This document shows positions 1 to 13,530 of a DNA stretch of 64,000 nucleotides, piece by piece. The DNA is taken from contig CM082580.2 of NCBI GenBank assembly GCA_040954595.2, positions 1,974,783 to 2,038,782 on the forward strand, given 5' to 3'. Numbering within the stretch: the first letter of the stretch is position 1; every line of letters begins with the position of its first letter. The translations under genes were made by a program, and so were the position numbers. The notes below the pieces were generated by a model. That model was not told the origin of the DNA. It made no database searches and saw nothing but the letters and a program-made list of their open reading frames with translations. This stretch comes from Balanoglossus misakiensis (taxonomy: Eukaryota; Animalia; Hemichordata).

Positions 1-434
1 GAGGCTGTTGGAACTCATAAAAGTTATAGAGACATGGCGTAAAAACACTGAAGCTATCCACCCCCCAATGAACACGCAAGAAGAGATACGTCTGCTCTCG
101 ACTTTAAGTTGGATATACCAGGAGTTTGAAACCCAGCAAGATACACAATTAGATTTAATTTTACAGCATTTTGCTGATGAGTAGACCATTTTGACAGTCC
201 TTGTTACGCAACTTTTCAAGTTCAGATTTACTTGTTAATATGTAACTTTTTATGAGCATTTGATAAGTAATAATAAAAATATCTTTAAGCTTAAATAAGA
301 TTGTGCGTGTAGCCTTAGCTGTTACTTGAGTGTAAGAACGCTTGCGTGTGTGTAAGCGTGAAAGTCACGACTACCTCCCCACGATCAAATCTAGTTTTTC
401 ACCCGGTACTTTACACTTCAATCACCGAAGAAGT

Positions 435-3400
435 ATGGCCGAATCAAGAGAAGCTACCATTGCTGATGTTGTCATGACCGCAACAACCCTTGACGAGTTA
501 GAGGCTGTGTTAGAAATTCACCGGGATGCGTTGACACCCTTTATAGAACTGGCGGCAATTACTCGGCGATGCGAACTGGTAGCTGAACACCCTACCCCCG
601 AGGACCAGGATTCGGTGAGTGACACAACCTTGTCTAACTCTACTAGCACGGGTACTGATTTAGAACATAATTTGGTAGAACAGGAAAATGTGTATCAAGC
701 GGGTGGTAACACTATACCGATAACCACCCCTACGCCCCCGACTTCCCGGGTTCAAATCACCCCCTACCAACGACAACCATACCGCCCCGTACAACCGGGG
801 CCCACGACCCCGATACCGACAACCACCCCTAATCCCTCGACCTATTCACACCCCGTACAACCGGGGTCCACGACCTCGATACCACCACCCAGCCCTATTC
901 CCTCGACCTCAACATACCCCGTACAACCGGGGCCCTCGACCTCGATACCACCACCCAGCCCTATTCCCTCGACCTCAACATACCCCGTACAACCGGGGCC
1001 CTCGACCTCTATACCACCACCCAGCCCTATTCCCTCGACCTCAACATTCCCCGTACAACCGGGGCCCTCGACCTCGATACCACCACCCAGCCCTATTCCC
1101 TCGACGTCAACATGCCCCGTACAACCGAGGCCCTCGACCTCGATACCGCCAGCCAGCCCTATTCCCTCGACCTCATCACGACCCGTACAACCGAGGCCCT
1201 CGACCTTAACAAGCCCCCCTACACACGCTCCTCGAGCGTCAACTTTGATGCAGCATCGTGTTCAACCCCCACTCCCCCAGAAAAGAGGTGGTAAACGTAC
1301 TGAGAAAAGTGTCAAGAGACAGCGGTGTAACGTCGAGGATTTACCCTGTGATCGGATATACGATATGCGTAAAATAGACAGTCGGTACATCACGAAGTAT
1401 AAAACCACTCAAACCGACTATGTCATTAATTTTCGAGAAATCGAAACGGATGGTCTGCATGAAGTGTTCCGCATAATCTACCGAGCGTTTCAAGACATTT
1501 TCAGCTGTATTATCGATGGTATGAACCCCACGGATCGCATCCGTTTCGTTTTTAGAACCCCCCAGCTACAACGTGCCATCAACCTCCCCTTTTCGTACGT
1601 TAGGGATGCAGATGTTGATTTGCTGTTTGGTGAAATCGAGAGGGTTTTGCAGTCCTACGAGAATTTTGAAATCGACGAAGGGGTTCTCTTAAATGTTATC
1701 CACGTTGCGATGCCTATTGGTAATGGACGGCGTAGGAGGGCCATGAAATACGTGGGTTTCGATAAATTCCTAAATGATAAGCGCTCGATTATCCAAATAA
1801 CCAACAAAGACAAGCTCTGCTGTGGGAGGGCATTAGTAGCAGCCTGTGCTGCTGCCGAAGAACACCCCGACCGCCAGAACATTACACGTGACCGTAAGCA
1901 ACAGAGAGAAATGGCATTGGCGTTATATAGAAAGGCCGGGGTTGCATATGGCACATGTGGTATCCCCGAATTAAGGAGATTTCAGGCCGTGTTACCAAAG
2001 TTCCAGATTAATGTCGTATCAGCGGCTCATATGAATAGCATTATTTATTCAGGCCCTGTGACGGGCAACCCGATATACCTGTACTACCATAGTGACCACT
2101 ATGACGTCATAACAACGATGAAAGGCTTCACTGGTTATGTGTATTACTGTCATACCTGTAAGAAATCTTACCAGAACTTAATCGACCACAAATGCAACAA
2201 TGTATGTTATGACTGCAAACGCTCAGAATGCAAAAAACCTGCGATAGAACCCCGTAAATATTGTAGTACATGTAAACGCGGCTTTAAGAATCAGGATTGT
2301 TACGAGCTACATAAAAAGGTACCGCCTAAGGCTAAAAAGTCAACGTGCGAGATCAACCGACGCTGCATGAAATGTAACAAGGACATCAAATGTAACGACG
2401 CACGACGACGCAAAACCCGACACCGCTGCGACGAGGTACTATGCAACACCTGCTCAAGATTTGTACCACCCGATCATCGGTGCTACATGCAGGTTGCAAA
2501 TACGTCTGAAGACAAAAATTTAGCAGGCCCGAGAATTGACCCCGTGAACGGGTTTGAGGGTATAGATGAACACTTTGTTGACGGGTTTTTAGACGCGATG
2601 GCCGAGGAGGGTGGGGGTGGTGAGGTTAGCAGCGACGAGGAATCTGGCCAAACATTTACATTTTTCGACTTTGAGAGCGTTGTTGACAGCGAGACCGGGG
2701 TGCACACACCAAACTTGTGTGTCGCTCAAAGGGTTTGTGAGCTCTGTCTACACAGGGAAAAAATTGACGGTGACAGTCAGTGTGAAAACTGCGGGGTAAA
2801 CCAGCACATATTCAGAGGGGATAACACTGTGGATGACTTTTGCGTGTGGCTCTTTTCCGAAGAAAATGAGGATGCGATTGCCCTGGCCCACAACATGAAA
2901 GGTTATGACGGTTCGTTTATAATGGATTATATCCACCGAAACGCCGTCAAGCCCGACGTAATCATGGCCGGTAGTAAAATACTTAGTATTGATGTCCCCG
3001 GCCCTAACGTGAAAATAATAGACTCTGTTAATTTTTTACCAATGAGTCTCGCCAAACTCCCCCGTGCCTTCGGTTTAAACGGGGTCCGCAAAGGGGACTT
3101 CCTGCATTTATTTAACACCCCAGACAACGAAAGCTCTCGCGGCCCAATGCCCCCAGTCAGATTTTACACCCCAGGATCTAAGAATCCGAAAGACAGGGAA
3201 GAATTCTTAGAGTGGTATAATGATATGGTCGCAAAAGATTATGTGTTCGATTTCCAAAAGGAATTGTTGGCTTATTGTAAGAATGACGTGGATGTGCTGA
3301 GGCTGGCCTGTTTACGTTTCCGGAGTCTGTTTTTGAAAGTGTCTGGGGTTGAAAGGAATGGTTTAGGGTTCTGTCCCTTCAAAAACAATATAACCATTGC

Positions 3401-5047
3401 CTCAGCGTGTAATTTACTCTTCCGTCGGAATTTCCATGCTTGAGTTGAACAGGAGAACACAGGCCAGGCATGGTGATCGAGAACCTTGGTTACACAGTCG
3501 AACCAATCTGGGAGTGCGAACTGCGCGAGAAGATATCCGAGGACCCCGACATGCAGAGATTCATCCATGGTCTTGACAATGTTGATCCGATTAACCCGCG
3601 TGATGCCTTCTTCGGCGGGAGGACCAATGCGAACCGCTTGTACTATCACGCTGAACCTCAGGAGAAAGTACTTTACGTGGGCTACACCTCTCTATACCCC
3701 TGGGTGAACAAATGTTGTCGGTACCCCCTAGGCCACCCCGAAATAATTACTGAGGAGTCGTTACCACAGAACAACGACATTACGGGTTACGAGGGTCTTG
3801 TTAAGTGCAAAATTCTACCCCCTTATAAATTATATTTTCCTGTTCTACCAAGTAAGATTAAGGGGAAGCTAGTTTTCCCGCTTTGCAGAACCTGTGCTGA
3901 AGAGCAGAAGAAGACATGTGTCTGTAGTCACACCACTGACCAGCGGTCACTTGTGGGGACATGGGTTACACACGAGCTCCAGAAAGCCGTGGAGTTGGGG
4001 TACAAAATTGTGAAAATTTACGAGATTTAGCATTATTCGGAGGTTTCAGAATATGACCCCGATGAGATGTGTGGAGGACTTTTCACAACCTATATTAACG
4101 AGTTCTTGAAGATTAAACAGATGGCGTCTGGCTAGCCTGCGGGGTGTACCACTGAAGATCAACGCCGGGACTACATAGCCAGATACTTCCAGAAAGAGGT
4201 GGTTCGTCTCGAATACGATCAAATCCAGCACAACCCGGGACTACGTACACTTGCGAAGACATGCCTGAACACGCTTTGGGGAAAATTTGCGCAATCTTCG
4301 GGACTTCCGAGAACGGAGTACGTCGACGATGCCGCCCGTTTCTTCGACCTGCTTAGCGATGACACCGTGGAGATTGAAGACATCGTTATGGTTAACCCTG
4401 AAATAGTTCAGATTAGCCTACGCGATATGGGGGTCTTTACACCCACCAACCCGCGCACCAATGTGGTAATCGCCGCCTACACAACGTGTCACGCACGCCT
4501 GGCTCTCTACAGGGCGATGGAGAAACTTGGTGATCGCGTATTGTACTACGACACCGATAGCATCATCTACTTTTCGCGACCCGGTACGCCAGATCTGGAG
4601 TTGGGCGATTATTTGGGTGACTTTACTAACGAACTCAACCCGGGGGAGTACATTTCAGAATTTATAAGTACCGGGCCAAAGTCGTACAGCTACAAAGTCG
4701 TTAATGACCAGAACGAGGAAGTCACGACGTGCTGCAAGGTCAAAGGGATCACGCTAAATTTTGACACTTCCAAGGTTATAAACTTTGACGCTATGAAAGA
4801 GATCGTCTTAAGAGCACCGGAGGATCGCCTGGTTGTTGAAATCCCGTTTAAAATTGTACGCGATAAAGCAAGTATGACGTTGAAGTCAAGAGCCGAGGAG
4901 AAGTGTTTTCGCATGGTATATGACAAACGCGTGCTGATAAATAGGTGTGAAACACGCCCCTACGGTTACATTCGTCACACCGAGTGCTATGATGCCGCTG
5001 TGGAGACGCTGACGAGTCTGCTCGAGGAACAATACGTGTATTACTAG
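435..5047 (+). pseudogene. Protein-primed family B DNA polymerase (pPolB) of a Polinton/Maverick/adintovirus-type element, disrupted
   Basis: Exonuclease motifs FFDFES, AHNMKGYD, IDSVNF and YCKNDV. Polymerase motifs RDAFFGGRT, YVGYTSLYP (motif A Asp replaced by Gly), KTCLNTLWGKF, YYDTDS, GPKSY and KVKGI. Split over ORFs 342-3443, 3470-4030 and 4199-5047 by a frameshift and in-frame stops. Confidence 0.9.
785..1205 (+). repeat. 66-bp coding tandem repeat (~6.5 units, PVQPGPSTSIPPPSPIPSTSTY) in the pPolB N-terminus
   Basis: The CCCGTACAACCG core recurs every 66 bp (units at about 785, 851, 917, 983, 1049, 1115, 1181). Confidence 0.95.
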
Positions 5048-5127
5048 TAATTTAAATCGCGGTGTGTAGGGTTAACCACCCACACTCTACGCATCGACAT
5101 TCGTTGGGGTTTACGCGTTCTCTGGTA

Positions 5128-5453
5128 ATGGAATTTTTACATCCATATAACTGTATCGTTGCGGGACCGTCTCAATCGGGAAAAACGCATTTCGTCAGAA
5201 GACTGTTGCGGACTATGGACAAAATGATAAACCCTGTCCCTACGAACATTTTGTGGTGTTACGGTCAGTATCAACCACTTTTCAGCGAGCTCCGGGGTCA
5301 AATACCGAATATTGAGTTTATTGAAGGGTTACCACCAGATCTAATGGAGAGGCTGGACCCCGGGAAAACTAACTTGGTCATCATTGATGATTTAATGCAG
5401 GAAGTTTCGGACAATAAGCGTGTTACGGATATGTTTACGCGTGGTACTCACCA
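5128..5453 (+). pseudogene. Polinton/adintovirus packaging ATPase (A32/FtsK-like), 3'-truncated
   Basis: Walker A GPSQSGKT, Walker B LVIIDDLM and FTRGTHH motif, directly downstream of pPolB. Similarity stops at the inverted repeat beginning at 5456. Confidence 0.85.
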
Positions 5454-5455
5454 CA

Positions 5456-7919
5456 CATCGTCGCAAACCACGGCCCTCCCTTTTACGGCAGCGCTCTGCT
5501 CCCCGCAAAAAAGGCCGTGGTATAATACGGCCATGTATTCAGTATTTGGACTAGGCGCTTTCACAGTACATCCAACAACCAATCAGATTGCTTGTTACAT
5601 CCCATTCACGCATCTCATTACATCTCATTCTAAACAACATGGCGGCTTCCAGTCTGAGTGAGAGCGAAGAACGTGCAGTTTGCGACGCCTTCGGATTCGA
5701 TTCACTTTATCTGCACCAGAAGAATGTGATATCTGACTTATTAAAAGGGCACGACGTTTTTATGAGTACCAGAACAAGCAGCGGAAAGTCGATGTGCTAC
5801 CAGTCGCTAACCACGATCTTTCGGCAAAGAAACGTAGCAGCAGTCGTGCTGGTCATTTCACCTCTTATTTCCATTATGGAGGATCAAGTAGAATTGTTGA
5901 AATCAATGGGGTTAAGGGCCACAATAATTGGCAAGGAGGCTTCCGGAACGAACGATATAAAGGCGGGGAAATTCGACTACATCTATGCCAATCCAGAGAC
6001 CGTCTTGAGTGAAGACCAGTGGCGCGATATGCTGCACACTGACGTGTATAGACAATCACTGAAATTAATTGTTGTCGACGAAGCTCATACTGTTACCCAA
6101 TGGTAAGTGAACAGAATACTTTCTTTTACATTTACATTTGAACGATTATGCAGTTGTTGAGATCTGATTTCTCGTCATTAAATTGATTTACGGCAAGCAC
6201 TTACTCCTTCCTATTCCCGCCAAATGTCTTAAACAAAATCCTTATTTTGTATATATGTATCAACTTTTATTTTGGATCACATAGTCTTCTTTGGGAATGA
6301 AGGGGTAAAATATTAGAATGAAGTTGGGACAGGTTTATATTGATATCTTAAGTGTTCAGGCATTTTTCATCCTCATTTCTGGACATTTCCTAATCATGCT
6401 TATTGTTAATTTTTGGTTATTCTTTGTATTACTACAGGGGTACTTCAGACTCTGGAGATGAACCCTTCAGAGAGTGGTTTGGCCGACTTGGTGAATTGAG
6501 GTCCCTGATATCAGGAGTACCAATGCTGGCATTAACTGCAACAGCCACCGCCAAAAACCGTCGAAAAATCAAGGAAAAATTATGTATGTCCAAAACAACA
6601 AGCAAGGAATACACGGAGACACCTGATCGTGACAACATTTCATTGCATGTCAATGAAATAAAACAGTCTGTGCCACTACAGGAAGTTTTTGAATGGCTAA
6701 TAAAAACACTCAGGGATTAAAGACATAATTGTCCTAGAACTCTCATCTTTTGTAAATCAATTTCTGATACTGCCAAAGTGTACGGGATGTTAACAAGTCA
6801 AGTCGGTGATTGTCGTACCCCTAATGGAGAGAGTCTAGTGAATCACTCATGTACCCTAAATCACATTAAGGATAAAATCCGAACCAATATGAATGATGAG
6901 TTGGGAACTATACGTGTTCTAATTTGCACCAATGCTGCCGGTGTGGGTGTTGATTTTAAAGGAGTGAAAAATGTTGTAAACTATGGACCTCCTCATGAAG
7001 TAGACACTTTAGTCCAGCAACTCGGTCGTGCTGGAAGAGATGGTGCTCAGTCAATGCACATTTTACTTTACCATAAACGTCAGATGAGAAATGTAGAACC
7101 AGAATTGCTGTCCTATGTCAGAAATAAAGACTCTTGTCGACGTAAATTACTTTGTAATATCTACTCTAATGAAGAAGTTTTGTTTAGTAAAGAGTTACAT
7201 TATTGCTGTGATATTTGTCTACCACATTGTAATTGTAATGCTGAAAACTGTACTCAACAATTCACCCATCCATTACTTAGTAAACCCGCATGTAGTGATA
7301 TTGATAGTGATAGTACTGATGATGATAGCAATATTTGCAGGACAATTAGCACCACTGAATGTACTCATTTACGTGCAGCTTTACAACAATACAGAGAATC
7401 TTTGAATGTAGACACTGGATTACTTGTACCAACTGACTTAACACACGGTTTCACCTCAGACCTAATCACTCAAATATTAGATAGAGCTAAGACATTATTT
7501 ACAGCGGATGATGTCATGGCATCATGTGATGTACAGGCAAAACATGTGATTGGTATCATTGACAGTGTTTTGGCAGATGAATATGGTAACTTAAGTTCTG
7601 AGTCTGACAATGAATACATGGATGTAGATGACTAATAACATCCTTATCAGGGCTTGAAATTATTTTAGACAGTGACTGGGAAGAAATGTATCTTCCTAAT
7701 AAAAGCAAGAAACGAATTTTAATTAAAATCATTTTCTTGTTTCAGAGTTGTGTCAAAGAATAAAAGGGTTTATTGAATTATTTTGAAACTAGATTTGGTA
7801 TTCAATGACTCTGAACATCTGTTAAATTGTGATACAAAATAAATTCATTTTCGGAAGGCCAGGGTACTGATTCGGTAAACTGATGCAGTGCCATAAAAGG
7901 GCTGTGGTTTGCGACGATG
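5456..7919. mobile_element. Inverted-repeat-bounded Academ-like module containing the RecQ helicase
   Basis: CATCGTCGCAAACCACGGCCC (5456-5476) matches the reverse complement of 7899-7919 at 20/21 positions. No TSD found. Confidence 0.65.
5639..7635 (+). pseudogene. RecQ-like SF2 helicase of an AcademH-type transposon (exons 5639-6102 and 6438-7635)
   Basis: Motifs TSSGKS, SPLISIM, VDEAH, LTATA, GVGVD, QQLGRAGRDG and the RQC Zn motif CRR...CCDIC. GT-AG intron at 6103-6437. In-frame TAA at 6718-6720. Confidence 0.85.
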
Positions 7920-8712
7920 AATAAAGTTTGCACACTTCTTAGTTTACTGTGGAATGGCAGTTTTGTATTGTAAATAAAATTTGTCAGCTACTCTAAAACC
8001 TATGGACTCCTTTCTTTTCATATACCATATCACTTTCTAAGGGATCATAATGATGAGTGTATTTACACAGAGAGAAGAACTACCAGTTTAAATTGTTCTA
8101 TTTGCATAAAATACTAGTAGATCCCTAGCTCTCAATTACTGTACGTGTAGTGATGTACATGTATTTGTAACTGTGATGTTACCTGAATCTATTATATCAA
8201 CCCCTTCAAACCTGAAACTTTCCTGCAAAAAAAATTCAACAAAAATTCTTGTTTCTCTGCAAATTTTGGATATACATCTTCATTTTGGATCAGACTTCAG
8301 GAAATATTTCTTCCTTGTGAAGTTATATTGTTAAAATTTCCGAAAATATACATAAAAATCATAGTCATCTCTAGGAATGAAATGGTTAAGTCCTGATGTT
8401 TTATTTAGGCCCTGGATACATGTACTCTAAATACTCTACTATAAATGTACTCATTTTAACATAGAAAGTTTTTTTTTACAGCAATTACTTCTGACGACCT
8501 ACAGAGCTGTATTGATAGGTTGTTTATACACACACACACATAGATATAGATAGACATAGGTACATGTAGATATACTGACAAACAGTCAATGTTATTTATT
8601 CTTAAAAAAAATAAACAACCAGTTCTAGGAATATAAATAATATTGCCAGTATTGGTGATCATTTCTGTACATGTCCTATATACCGCAGATCAAATACATT
8701 AACAAATGGCTC

Positions 8713-11700
8713 TTAGAAAGTAAGTTCATTAAGTGCCCTTTCCTTCTGTGCTTTTATCCATTTGTGAAATTGTACTGTATTTACACTATCAATGGGGTCT
8801 TTAAAACCTCGAAAAGATTCAAGTTGCCTCCCTGGACAAAAAAACAAATACTCTTGATTCAGTCAACTCAGTGACCATTTTGCAAACATCACTGCTCTTA
8901 TCTACTTGAGGTCTTTTGCTAGATTTTTGTTTGGTTTCAGACTGCAGCATGAGATTGTGTTTAATTCCATCTACTACTTGGGCAGATTTGCAGGCAAGTT
9001 GTGCAGACTGAAACGTTACGTTTGCTCCTTGTGATTTTAGAAGAGACTTTACTGAGTGTACCTGTAGTTCTACAACATTGTCATTGGGGGTATTGTTGCA
9101 TTTTCCACCAGAAAGATTACTTGAAATGTTCCACTTGTACTCAAATACCTCTCATGGTGTCAAAAGAGCACGCTCATATGCTAGCATTCTCCACAACCAA
9201 AGACGATACTTAACATGGCTCAATGCATTTGCTAGTAAGATGTCAAATTTGGCATTTCTGAAAACACGGTTTCTATCCCCGTGTTTGTATGCATCATACG
9301 TATCTCGTACTAGTAGGGCACATTTCATAAATGATGCTTTGACCTTCAATGCCATATCAGCTTCTGATCTTTGTCCATCAGCTGCAGTAGCTTGTGTGAA
9401 GGTCCAGTCATGGTATACTTGCAAGTGCTTCTTAAGATTGCCAAGACGCTTGTATACTTTATTGCACTGTTCAATACTACAGTGGTACTGTCCATCATCT
9501 CCTTTCATCTTAGATGTCAAACTGTCACTTGTATTAATCTCAGTCATTTGTTGTCTAACAGTGGTGACATCACCAAAATCTTGCTTGAGGTGCTGATCAA
9601 GTACAGATGTAGCTTGTTCGCTAATCCACTTGTAAATTTCATCAGAACTGCTCATTTCTCTTGGTGGGATATTTCTGGTTGGCTGGTCATCCAATGATGA
9701 GATACCACAATGTTCCATACATGCAGCAACTATATGAGCATCAAGGCAGTCTTCTATGAATGCATGGTGTGATCTGAATAATAGCAAAATAGTAAAGCAT
9801 TACAACATCATGTGAAATGTATACTCACAAATGTCGTAGTTTACATTTCAAGAAAGCCAAAGCACACAAATATCAATAGTTGCAAAAAATGGAGGAAGAG
9901 GATTTTAGTAGACAAATACAGTCAGGAAATGTGTAGATTATAGCACATTTTTGGATATGGATTCATTCTAATAGGATTAATAGTCAAGCTATAAAAATAT
10001 TTTATATGCAAAATGATAGTCACTTGTTCACTCTATCAAAACTTTTACATGTATTTAATATTTGACCACACAATGTACTTAGAAAGCATTGCAATAGAGT
10101 ACCAACCTGAAAGCCTTAGTAACACTGTCAGCTCCACTTACATCTCTTCTATTAATAATATTCCTTAACTGATACAATGTTCCCCTTTCATTCCCACTGC
10201 CTTCTTTGTAAAAAAAGTCTATAAATGATCTGAAAGTGAAAAAAATAAAAGTATATATGAAATTTACATGAAATTTAATTTGTACATTTTTAATTAATGT
10301 ATAAAATGTGTCACAAAAGTATTGATGTTTTAGTTTTTTCAGCTGCAGGGAGTTTTCCTGTTCTATATGATGTATGTTGTGAAAGAAATACAGCACTACC
10401 TCTGTGCAATTCGGTAATTTTGTGGTTCATAAAAGTTATGAGAATCTATCCATTACACAGGACAGTACAATGAACTCATGACTTTGTCAAAAAACTTTGA
10501 CATTTGTGTACCACTGTCATCTCACAATTGAATTAGGGAAAATATCAAGTCACATACTGATCCATTGCTATTGTCACTTTGGTTCCCAAAAACCTTGATT
10601 GTGGAACTTTGAACTATGTTCATAGAACAGGAAACTACCTCACATATGTAAAAATAATACTCAATTAAATATTTAATAAACAAATGGAAACAGATATGGT
10701 TCAAACACCTGGAATCAAATGAAATTCCAGACAACTCTAATCAGTTTTCCGCCAAAAGTATTTCTACCCAAACAAGTAATTTTCCAGGAGTGTCTGCCAA
10801 TGAAATCAAAATTTTGCTTTTATATATATTTTTATCAATGAATAAACATGTCAAAATCGAGTGGTATACCATGGCTGGGGGTGTTTTATTGCTATTATAT
10901 TATGCCAGTATATTGAAACTTTGCATAAAACATTTTAAAAAGGCATTTTCTTTGACTATGATATATGACTGTGGTATATGGCTAATATATCACGGTCACG
11001 TGTCGTTTCTCGACCAATCAAATAGCGTGATTTACACCATCAATATACTGGTATAATATAATATGACATAAACTTGATGGAATATTAGTTATAACTGTTT
11101 TTCCTAACCGGAATACATGCATTCTTATCTAATCCAAAAACTTAACAAAATTTGTTTACTGGGGTTAGTATAATAATCATCATGCATAACTTACAACAAT
11201 TTTAACATGCAGAACAAGAACCAAAGTAAGGTAAACTTGTTTGCTACCCGTATGGAGTTCATAACTCTGTGTAATCCTTCAGGTCGATGGATTATCCCTC
11301 CTAGCATCTCATAATCTGTTTCTCCATTTCTCATACATGTCTGAGCTGTATATGCCCTCTCATTGGTAAGGACATCACCACCAAAGACAATTTTACTGCA
11401 AACTTTGGGTTTGTTTCCTTGACTATGGGGTACATATTTTTCATGGACTTGTTGCACTATGTGAATGATTCCCTCGGAATCGTTTTCACTCTTCTCAATA
11501 TTTTCACAGTTTAGAAATTCTGATTTCTTACTAGTTTCATGCATGTAAGGGTGAGTTATACAGCTTGAAATTGAATCACAAAAAGGTTTCAAAAAGCTAA
11601 GATACTTCACCATAGTTTTCACAGTGTGAAATACAAAATCCCTAGTAAGTCCACTAACATCTTCAACACTAGGTAAAAAGTATGCACTTGGCACATCCTG

Positions 11701-11800
11701 TATCTTATCTTTTGGGGCATCATCATCTAGGTGTTTACCAAGCACTCTCTTTCTAATACCGACATTTAAAAACCAATGCAAACTTAAAAAATACAAACTG
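8713..11800 (-). pseudogene. Academ-type transposase (DUF6589-like), 5'-truncated, exons ~11250-11800, ~10108-10229, 8713-9774
   Basis: FGGDVLTNERA, EGLHR, GTLYQLRNIINRR, a C2H2 finger, DAYKHGDRNR, HVKY and NNTPNDNVVE motifs. In-frame TGA at 9152-9154. Convergent with the RecQ helicase, as in AcademH. Confidence 0.75.
10850..11060. mobile_element. Partial non-autonomous Crypton-like element
   Basis: Near-identical to 33717-33923; internal inverted ends TATATTATGCCAGTATA and TATACTGGTATAATATA. Confidence 0.6.
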
Positions 11801-12959
11801 CTAGTGCTCCGTGGTCTATTGTTCAAATTTTCAACATTTTGTATCAACTCCAAAGTTTCATTATACTCCAAATGTTTCATAACACAAATATAGGAGAGAT
11901 ATAAGTGATAGCTTATTGATACTTGATAGAATAAGTGTAGGATATAATCATGGGAATCCTATGCAGTTTTAATAAAATGAATTTTGAATGGCAAATCACC
12001 TAAAAATAGACTATTGCTTTTGTCACAGTTTAAATCAACTTCAATGTAAAAAGTGAGTTTCTGAGATCTATTAGTTCACTCCCGTTAAGATGTAATGGTA
12101 ACTGAAATGGGAATATCAGCCCTAAAATACACAGTTGCGGATCACAATTTCAATGAACCTGATATAGGCCACACCAAAGAACATACATTTATTTGTTAAA
12201 GAAGTTGTTTGATGACTTTATGGTGCTAAAATACACAAAAAATGCTAATGACTTTCTCTTTTTAACTCACAAAATGATACATTTAAAGCACAAAGTTAAG
12301 ATTACTAATTTCAGAAATAGTTTACTCACCAATAGTGATTTATGTACGTTTTGGCCCGGAAGATATTCTCTATCGAGTCAAGTACATAAACGCATTTCTG
12401 TATGTTATCATGCACCAACAGGAACCAATGGTCCATGCTATGGATTGGTAGCAGGATATGGTGGAATGATTCAAAGTTAACCAACATGAATAAAGTTAAC
12501 CAACATGAATAAAAATAGAACTTAAATTACTAAAAACAAAAGCCATCATAGTTTCTGGATCACTGTGCTTACATGTGGTATTGGCTTACAATATTTAAAT
12601 ATGACAGACTTGATAAAGAGTTCTATAATGATGAAATTCAAAAACAAATCAACCTCATCAGCGAATAATAATTTTAATTTGGTCTGTAAAGGTATTGCAT
12701 AAGTCATCAATGGAGTCTGCATATCATAGCAATCAAACAAAAGGTTTAGAATTAAAATAAAAATTGGGACCAAAATGGGAAAATTGTCTGAAAAACATGC
12801 ATGCCAATTTAACCAGTTTGAACAAATCAAGGCATCACATAGTATTCAAAACCGCTGCACAGAGCGATATCCATCCGCCATATGCAAATAGGCCGAAGTA
12901 TAAGAGCAACGGGCAACGTACAGTCTGTCCCTCCCTCGCAATAGGCCACGACAGCACGA

Positions 12960-13530
12960 ACCATGGCTCAAACTGGTTCCGTAGTTCGAGCTTTTGTGGA
13001 CTCACACCAAATTTGGGTTTTTTATTATTTTGAGGCTTTAGAGAATGTCCAGAGAAGGTGGTGCAGGCAACTGCTGGGAGTTCCTAAACATACTACGATA
13101 GAAGCAGTGGTGGGAGAATGTGGGCGTCTCCCTATTTATTGTATCACACTAAAACGCTGCATCGCTTTCTGGTTAAAACTCCTCGATTCCAAGACAGGCA
13201 TACCTGATGCTGTGTAATCTAGACAACATGGGAAGGAATACGTGGGCAATCTCTGTTAAAGATATTTTATTTTCATTTGCCTTTGGGTTTGCTTGGCTTT
13301 CCCAGGAAGTGGGTAATAAGCAGTATTTTCTCCATATTTTTGAAAATAGAGTTAAAGATGTGCACAAACAACGTTGGTATGAAAAGCTTGCCCTCAAACC
13401 CAAACTCCATACGTACATTCAATTTAAAAGTTTATTAGAGCCTGAAAAATATCTTTACCTCCGCTGTAATCGACAAGCCATCCGTATGTATACGTATTTT
13501 TGTTGTTCAGTACTCCCTCTAAACCCAATT
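12960..13530 (+). mobile_element. 3' fragment of an RTE-X-like LINE ORF2
   Basis: LENVQRRWCRQLLGVPKHTTIEAVVGECGR and KPKLHTYIQFK, homologous to the C-termini of the LINEs at 50-53 kb and 57-60 kb. Confidence 0.75.

Noticed and set aside
5639-7635. Host RECQ/WRN/BLM gene
   Set aside because: Helicase core only, in-frame stop, bounded by inverted repeats and paired with an Academ transposase.
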